Virus record (IMG/VR): IMGVR_UViG_2563366928_000011
Source of the DNA: a virus
Taxonomy: Duplodnaviria > Heunggongvirae > Uroviricota > Caudoviricetes
Length of the DNA stretch: 21,625 nt
Reading direction: 5' to 3' (one strand)
The notes beneath the pieces were generated by a model, which worked only from the letters and a program-made list of their open reading frames with translations, did not search any database and was not told the origin of the DNA. Of this stretch, positions 16,617 through 21,625 are shown in pieces. Both the position numbers and the translations under genes were made by a program. The number at the start of each line of letters is the position of its first letter. Position 1 is the stretch's first letter.

Positions 16617-17442
16617 TGAGCGCCTCCAGACGCTTGGCGAGCCAGCGTTGCGACAGGCGGGTGAGTTCTCCTTTGCGCTGCTCATATTCCATGCCCATAT
16701 CAATTAACGTGATATTGGTGCTTTCGAGATATGAGAGGTGCTCAAGCTGTTCTGCGTTCATATGGTCGCGAGGTTCGCCAGAATAGCCATTTATCCGCGC
16801 CCACTGCTTAGCAGTTAGCCCACCAAGAACGATACGAGAAATCATATTGCTCTCGTTTGTGTAGTGGTGTTGCTGCGTCGTTTTCCCCATCTCGGCACGG
16901 GCCATATTCAGCGCATCGCACATTGGCTTAAAGTTGTTTGCGGCACTGATACGGGCTTTTAGCTGGCGACGATAGCGGGCGGCGATTTCAGGCACGCTAC
17001 GCTGTAATTCTTCCTCGCACTGGATGAAATAACGGCGGATAGCGCGACCCTGATCATTGCGTTCGATCATTGCCAGTTCTTTCGCCATTCCGACACTTAA
17101 CAGATAGTCTTTGCCGGGTCTGCCAGAGTGCTTTATCTTGCTGTAAGCCGCGCCATTCGGGCTTTTCCCCAAATTTGGGGAAATTGTTTTATGGACTGAG
17201 TAATCGTGCCCAATGGTGAAGTCATATTCAGAGATGCGATCAGTGATCCATGTAGAGAAGTCTTTTCCCACGCCCAACGCTTTGTGTAACGCTTTTGCGC
17301 TAACAATATTGGTTTCACGCCCACCGATATGACCAGGAATAACCGGGACAATTGCGGCAAATTCATTACCGTTAATTGTGCTCAGAGAGGCGTTCAGATG
17401 AGGGGCGGCCTCAGAAATTAATCTGCTTTTTTCGATGTTCAT
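16609..17442 (-). CDS. Phage antirepressor-like protein (AntA/KilA-type N-terminal domain)
   Basis: 277-aa ORF. KDYLLSVGMAKELAMIERNDQGRAIRRYFIQCEEEL is typical of phage antirepressor/Bro-N-KilA-type domains (from memory). GGAG RBS before ATG at 17442. Confidence 0.65.
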   Translation of the reverse strand: MNIEKSRLISEAAPHLNASLSTINGNEFAAIVPVIPGHIGGRETNIVSAKALHKALGVGKDFSTWITDRISEYDFTIGHDYSVHKTISPNLGKSPNGAAYSKIKHSGRPGKDYLLSVGMAKELAMIERNDQGRAIRRYFIQCEEELQRSVPEIAARYRRQLKARISAANNFKPMCDALNMARAEMGKTTQQHHYTNESNMISRIVLGGLTAKQWARINGYSGEPRDHMNAEQLEHLSYLESTNITLIDMGMEYEQRKGELTRLSQRWLAKRLEALNV

Positions 17443-17454
17443 TTTCAGTCTCCG

Positions 17455-17886
17455 TTAGGCGGCGTTAAACGCGTCCGGGTAGAGTTTCAGAATGTCGGCA
17501 ATTTCCTGCTGAGAAAGTCCGTTGTGATCATTTATGTTCGCAAGATGGTTAATATGAGTGATCACTTTCAGAACATCACCACGGCAGGAGAAACGGTAGC
17601 GAAGGTGTGTTCCGATACCATCAGGATTCTTTTCGTCGATACGCTCCAGAGTGATTCCAAGCTGGCGTTCTAACTCTGTTGCATAGTTACGACCAGAAGA
17701 CAGACGGCAGTAGCGAAGAATGTCATTTTCTGTCCATCCCTCTATACCAGTACGCAGCATATAGACTCTGGCACGATGCTTTTTCGGTGTGCGCTTTGGT
17801 GCTTGAAGGGATTTTGTAAGGGGCGTAACATCAGATACACGAATATCTGAATTAGCCGCCTGTAATGGGCGGTTTTTCTTTTCCAT
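17455..17886 (-). CDS. Hypothetical protein (143 aa), basic N-terminus
   Basis: ATG at 17886 overlaps the AlpA stop (TGATG). GAGGTGG RBS. Confidence 0.55.
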   Translation of the reverse strand: MEKKNRPLQAANSDIRVSDVTPLTKSLQAPKRTPKKHRARVYMLRTGIEGWTENDILRYCRLSSGRNYATELERQLGITLERIDEKNPDGIGTHLRYRFSCRGDVLKVITHINHLANINDHNGLSQQEIADILKLYPDAFNAA

Positions 17887-18089
17887 CAGGCCACCTCGTC
17901 TCTAGATTCTAATATACACTTCTCAATCCATTCATCTATTTCAGACTCAACAAAAGCAATTGCCCGACTTCCAATTTTTACCTGTTTAGGGAACCTCCCC
18001 TGACTAATAAGACGATAAATCCATGCTTTGCTATAACCAGTTCGCCTTTGAACTTCAGAGAGACGAATTAATGAATTGTAATTAGCCAT
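17886..18089 (-). CDS. alpA: AlpA-family transcriptional regulator / excisionase-like
   Basis: 67-aa ORF. IRLSEVQRRTGYSKAWIYRLISQGRFPKQVKIGSRAIAFVESEIDEWI is the classic AlpA/phage-excisionase HTH pattern. First gene of the leftward operon. Confidence 0.8.
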   Translation of the reverse strand: MANYNSLIRLSEVQRRTGYSKAWIYRLISQGRFPKQVKIGSRAIAFVESEIDEWIEKCILESRDEVA

Positions 18090-18311
18090 TTATTAATATC
18101 CTGTACTAATGACGCAATAACTCCCTCCTGCAACGAATGGCGAGAGTTTTATTTGCGTCAAATGTCGAATACGCCAAAGACCACAATATGAAAAACATAT
18201 TGCGGTCTTTTATAAAAGATAGTCAGATTGTTTTGGTTTGTTTGCTCCACAAGGGTAGAGCTACCCTGCATTTCGGCAGGATCACGCTATTAGGCGTGAC
18301 ATCCAGTAGTT

Positions 18312-18376
18312 TTAAAGAACAATTGCGCTTTGTCAGCGCCAAAGCCTGTTAAAGAACATTCCGCTTTGTCAGCGAC
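18312..18376. promoter_or_regulatory. Two direct repeats (TTAAAGAACA..CGCTTTGTCAGCG) upstream of alpA
   Basis: Copy 1 at 18312-18340 and copy 2 at 18349-18376. Copy 1 contains an internal GCGCT/AGCGC palindrome. Nearby hairpins GGGTAG-AG-CTACCC (about 18252-18265) and TCACGC-N6-GCGTGA (about 18280-18297). Confidence 0.4.
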
Positions 18377-18607
18377 GTAGAAGGCTCAATACACCTTCGT
18401 TTATAAAAGAGCGATTGCCCTTCTCCAGGGCTAACTGTTAAATAGCAATCCTCTGTGAGTTTTTATCAATCTACTCCCCTATACTTTAGTAAACCTCTGT
18501 ATACTTGTGGGTCTTCCCCTGTTGTGGTGGGTGGTACATAATTGAGTGATTTTCAAACACCACACAGTACCTTTATGGTGTCTCTTTTTACATGAGAGGG
18601 AATTCTT

Positions 18608-19126
18608 ATGAGTGTGCCGCAAACAAAAGCTGAACTGCTTTTAGCTATTGATAAAAATTTTAGTAAATTAATTAGTTACCTCAACACAATCCCACCAGAA
18701 ATTACTTCAGATAAATCAATGGACGGACACGCCAAAGGAACGGAGATGAGTGTTCGTGATCTCGTTTCGTATCTGCTTGGATGGAATGCTCTTGTTGTAA
18801 AGTGGATCGCTTCTGATGCTAAAGGTCTGCCTGTCGATTTTCCGGAAACTGGCTATAAATGGAATCAGCTTGGCCTTCTTGCTCAAAAATTTTACTCAGA
18901 TTACAGTGAGTTAAGTTATGAGTTGTTAGTAGCTGAACTTCAGACTGTAAAAAATGAGATTGTGAACCTTATTAATGATCGTACCGATGATATTTTGTAT
19001 GGAAGACCATGGTACACAAAATGGACGATGGGGAGAATGATCTCATTTAACACATCTTCGCCTTACGCCAACGCTAATGGAAGATTAAGAAAGTGGGCAA
19101 AAAATAATAATATCAGTTTAAAGTAA
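18608..19126 (+). CDS. ClbS/DfsB-family (DUF1706) four-helix-bundle protein
   Basis: 172-aa ORF. Matches remembered ClbS-type motifs (GHAKGT..SV.DLVSYL.GW, WN.LG.LAQKFY, GRPWYTKWT.GRMI.FNT.SPY). Lower GC than surroundings. Confidence 0.7.
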   Translation: MSVPQTKAELLLAIDKNFSKLISYLNTIPPEITSDKSMDGHAKGTEMSVRDLVSYLLGWNALVVKWIASDAKGLPVDFPETGYKWNQLGLLAQKFYSDYSELSYELLVAELQTVKNEIVNLINDRTDDILYGRPWYTKWTMGRMISFNTSSPYANANGRLRKWAKNNNISLK

Positions 19127-19144
19127 GCTTCAGAATGAAATTAT

Positions 19145-20365
19145 ATGGACGAAAAATCCCTCTATGCCCATATCCTTAACCTGACTGCACCATGGCAGGT
19201 TAAATCCCTTACCCTCGATGAAAATGCAGGTTCCGTTACTGTTACAGTCGGAATTGCTGAAAATACTCAGTTAACCTGTCCGACCTGCAGGAAATCCTGT
19301 TCTGTTCACGATCACCGACATCGTAAATGGCGCCACCTTGATACCTGCCAGTTCATGACATTAGTAGAAGCCGATGTTCCCCGCGTTATGTGCCCGGAGC
19401 ATGGCTGCCAGACTCTGCCTGTACCGTGGGCAGGTTCCGGCAGTCGGTACACTCTGCTGTTCGAATCGTTCGTGCTCTCATGGCTTAAAATCAGCACCGT
19501 TGATGCGGTCAGAAAACAACTTAAACTTAGCTGGAATGCCGTTGACGGCATCATGACCCGCGCGGTTAAGCGAGGCCTGTCGCGGATTAAAAAGCCTTTA
19601 TCAGTGCGTCATATGAATGTAGACGAAGTCGCCTTTAAAAAAGGGCATAGGTATATAACCGTGGTATCTGATCGCGACGGGCGGGCACTGGCATTAACCG
19701 ATGATCGTGGCACAGAGAGTCTTGCCAGCTATCTCCGTTCGCTTACTGACAGTCAGTTGTTGGCCATCAAAACACTGTCGATGGACATGAATGCGGGCTA
19801 TATAAGAGCAGCGCGTATCCATTTACCCAATGCGGTCGAGAAAATCGCCTTCGATCGCTTCCATGTGGCGAAGCAACTGGGCGAAGTGGTTGATAAAACC
19901 CGCCAGAATGAACATCCGCACCTCCCTGTTGAAAGTCGTCGTCAGGCCAAAGGTACCCGCTTCCTGTGGCAGTACAGCGACAAATGGATGACTGAGTCCC
20001 GGCAGGAAAAGCTGATGTGGTTGCGGGAACAGATGCAACAGACAAGCCAGTGCTGGACACTGAAAGAGCTGGCAAAAAATATCTGGGATCGCCCCTGGAG
20101 CACAGAACGCAGGAATGACTGGTTGCAGTGGATATCGCTGGCGTCTGAATGTGATGTGCCGATGATGAAAAACGCAGCGAAAACCATTAAAAAACGGTTA
20201 TACGGAATACTGAATGCAATGCGTCATCGCGTCTCGAATGGAAATGCGGAGGCGCTGAACAGCAAGATCAGACTGCTGAGGATAAAGGCCAGGGGATACC
20301 GAAACCGGGAACGCTTTAAACTGGGAGTTATGTTCCACTATGGGAAACTGAATATGGCGTACTGA
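19145..20365 (+). CDS. ISL3-family transposase
   Basis: 406-aa ORF. N-terminal C2C2 zinc-finger region (CPTCRKSC...CPEHGC) followed by a DDE-type core typical of ISL3 transposases. Bounded by the inverted repeats above. Confidence 0.85.
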   Translation: MDEKSLYAHILNLTAPWQVKSLTLDENAGSVTVTVGIAENTQLTCPTCRKSCSVHDHRHRKWRHLDTCQFMTLVEADVPRVMCPEHGCQTLPVPWAGSGSRYTLLFESFVLSWLKISTVDAVRKQLKLSWNAVDGIMTRAVKRGLSRIKKPLSVRHMNVDEVAFKKGHRYITVVSDRDGRALALTDDRGTESLASYLRSLTDSQLLAIKTLSMDMNAGYIRAARIHLPNAVEKIAFDRFHVAKQLGEVVDKTRQNEHPHLPVESRRQAKGTRFLWQYSDKWMTESRQEKLMWLREQMQQTSQCWTLKELAKNIWDRPWSTERRNDWLQWISLASECDVPMMKNAAKTIKKRLYGILNAMRHRVSNGNAEALNSKIRLLRIKARGYRNRERFKLGVMFHYGKLNMAY

Positions 20366-20410
20366 GTCTTCCCACCATGATCGGGGAAGACCCATACTTG
20401 TCCAGTTGTT

Positions 20411-21625
20411 TCATGCGTGTTTTTCAAACACCATATGCACCACATTTCCGCCATGCTCGAGAGAATCCATATAGTCGGCATACCATTGAAGCATCTCCCG
20501 CCTTCCATCCAGATATTGCGCATGGTTGTATGTGCCACGAATTGAGTTCTTATCAACGTGAGCGAGCTGCGTTTCTATCCACGCGGTGTTATAGCCCTGC
20601 TCATGCAAAATCGTACTCATAGTGTGCCGGAACCCATGACCAGTTACACGTCCAGCGTAGCCAATGCGCTTAAACACTTGGTTTATGCTGGCCTCGCTCA
20701 TTGTTTTCCTTGGATCATTGCGCCCGGGAAACATAAGAGGGTAATTGCCTGTTATTTCTCTAATCTTCCCAATAAGCGAAAGAGCCTGCTCAGACAATGG
20801 CACAATATGAGTCCGCCGCATTTTCATACGTGAAGCGGGTATCTCCCAGATAGCCTTGTTGAAATCAATTTCATCCCATAATGCGCCACGTAGTTCGCCA
20901 GTCCGCAAGCCGGTGATAATCAGTAGACGAGCCGCCATAACAACCAATGCGCTTCCTGAGTAACTGGACAATGCCTTGAAAAAATCAGGTAATTCTTTGG
21001 CTGTAAGGAAAGGGTAATGATTAGATTCATGGCCTTGCATCGCGCTAGTAAGGTCTGGTGCAGGGTTATACTCTGCGCGACCAGTGACTATTGCATAGCG
21101 GAAAACTTCCCCGCACCGTTGCCTCACTTTTTTGGCTTTTTCTGTAGCACCGCGCCCCTCGATGCGACGCAGCACATTCAGAAGTTCAAGTGGTTTGATT
21201 TCGGCGATGGGTTTTTTGCCAATGTAAGGGAACACATCTTTGTTGAAGGCTTCGAGGATGTCTGAAGCATAACCAGCAGACCATTTTTTTAATTTGCTGC
21301 TGTGCCACTCAAGGGCAATATCTTTGAAGGTGTTGTTTAACTGCGTTTCCCGGGCAATCTTTTCCTCTCGTTTCGCTTCCATCGGATCGATACCACCAGC
21401 GATACCTCTTTTCGCATCTTCACGTTTTGCCCTAGCATCGGCTAGAGTAACCTCAGGATAAACACCTAGTGCCAATAGCTTCTCTTTACCAGCTACACGA
21501 TATTTAAGTCGCCAGTATTTACCTCCATTAGGTTTTACCAAGAGATACAAACCGCCACCATCGGCCAGCTTGTAAGCCTTCTCTTTTGGCTTGGCTGTGT
21601 CTATTTGACGGGCATTGAGTTTCAC
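20411..21625 (-). CDS. P4-type tyrosine integrase (site-specific recombinase)
   Basis: 404-aa ORF reaching the window edge; GTG at 21625 may be the start. N-terminal arm-binding pattern AKPKEKAYKLADGGGLYLLVKPNGGKYWRLKYR. C-terminal catalytic region HGFRHTMSTILHEQG...RGTYNHAQY (Arg/His/Tyr). Confidence 0.9.
   Translation of the reverse strand: MKLNARQIDTAKPKEKAYKLADGGGLYLLVKPNGGKYWRLKYRVAGKEKLLALGVYPEVTLADARAKREDAKRGIAGGIDPMEAKREEKIARETQLNNTFKDIALEWHSSKLKKWSAGYASDILEAFNKDVFPYIGKKPIAEIKPLELLNVLRRIEGRGATEKAKKVRQRCGEVFRYAIVTGRAEYNPAPDLTSAMQGHESNHYPFLTAKELPDFFKALSSYSGSALVVMAARLLIITGLRTGELRGALWDEIDFNKAIWEIPASRMKMRRTHIVPLSEQALSLIGKIREITGNYPLMFPGRNDPRKTMSEASINQVFKRIGYAGRVTGHGFRHTMSTILHEQGYNTAWIETQLAHVDKNSIRGTYNHAQYLDGRREMLQWYADYMDSLEHGGNVVHMVFEKHA

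Larger units (their letters stand above)
18508..20394 (+). mobile_element. ISL3-family insertion sequence carrying a passenger gene
   Basis: Terminal inverted repeats TGGGTCTTCCCC..GGTGGG at 18508-18531 and reverse-complemented at 20371-20394 (20/24 identical, first 12 perfect). Flanking 6-bp direct repeat TACTTG at 18502-18507 and 20395-20400. Encloses the ClbS-like ORF and the transposase. Confidence 0.7.

Noticed and set aside
11059-18089. Canonical P4 late genes (sid, delta, psu) and epsilon
   Set aside because: No ORF of appropriate size or recognisable motif was found, so the island is called P4-family or PICI-like rather than a true P4 prophage.
18137-18352. 71-aa plus-strand ORF in the alpA upstream region
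   Set aside because: Overlaps the repeat and hairpin control region, no RBS, poor composition.
19312-20556. Minus-strand and alternative-frame ORFs overlapping the transposase and the integrase 3-prime end (19312..19554, 19767..20075, 19942..20187, 20198..20395, 20338..20556, 20377..20622)
   Set aside because: They overlap well-supported genes and IS ends and have no start signals; considered spurious.
1-21625. tRNA or rRNA genes, including the tRNA expected next to the integrase
   Set aside because: No tRNA-like cloverleaf or rRNA was recognised. The integrase N-terminus is at the right edge, so the target tRNA is probably just outside the window.

Overview
This window looks like a horizontally acquired accessory region, transcribed almost entirely leftward (minus strand), with two distinct parts. 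The right part (about 9.4-21.6 kb) is a P4-family integrative island of the phage-satellite type (PICI-like or P4-like): tyrosine integrase at the window edge, AlpA, an antirepressor-like gene, about ten small translationally coupled ORFs and a P4-type TOPRIM primase-helicase. The primase is followed by a two-gene module bracketed by clusters of an AGGTGGTACAGGT iteron and then an intrinsic terminator. An ISL3-family insertion sequence carrying a ClbS/DfsB-like passenger gene sits 11 bp downstream of the integrase stop, with a TACTTG target-site duplication. The left part (1-9.3 kb) holds an orphan podovirus-type ejection-protein cassette (153/225/439/908 aa, the largest with an N-terminal SLT lytic transglycosylase motif) led by a small unannotated RHH-like ORF, plus a repetitive lipoprotein, an Abi_2-family abortive-infection gene, an RHH-like DNA-binding gene and a PerC-like regulator. 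Canonical P4 sid/delta/psu genes and phage head/tail morphogenesis genes were not recognised. No rRNA, tRNA or CRISPR array was seen. All family assignments come from reading motifs by eye and from memory of these families; no database search was run.
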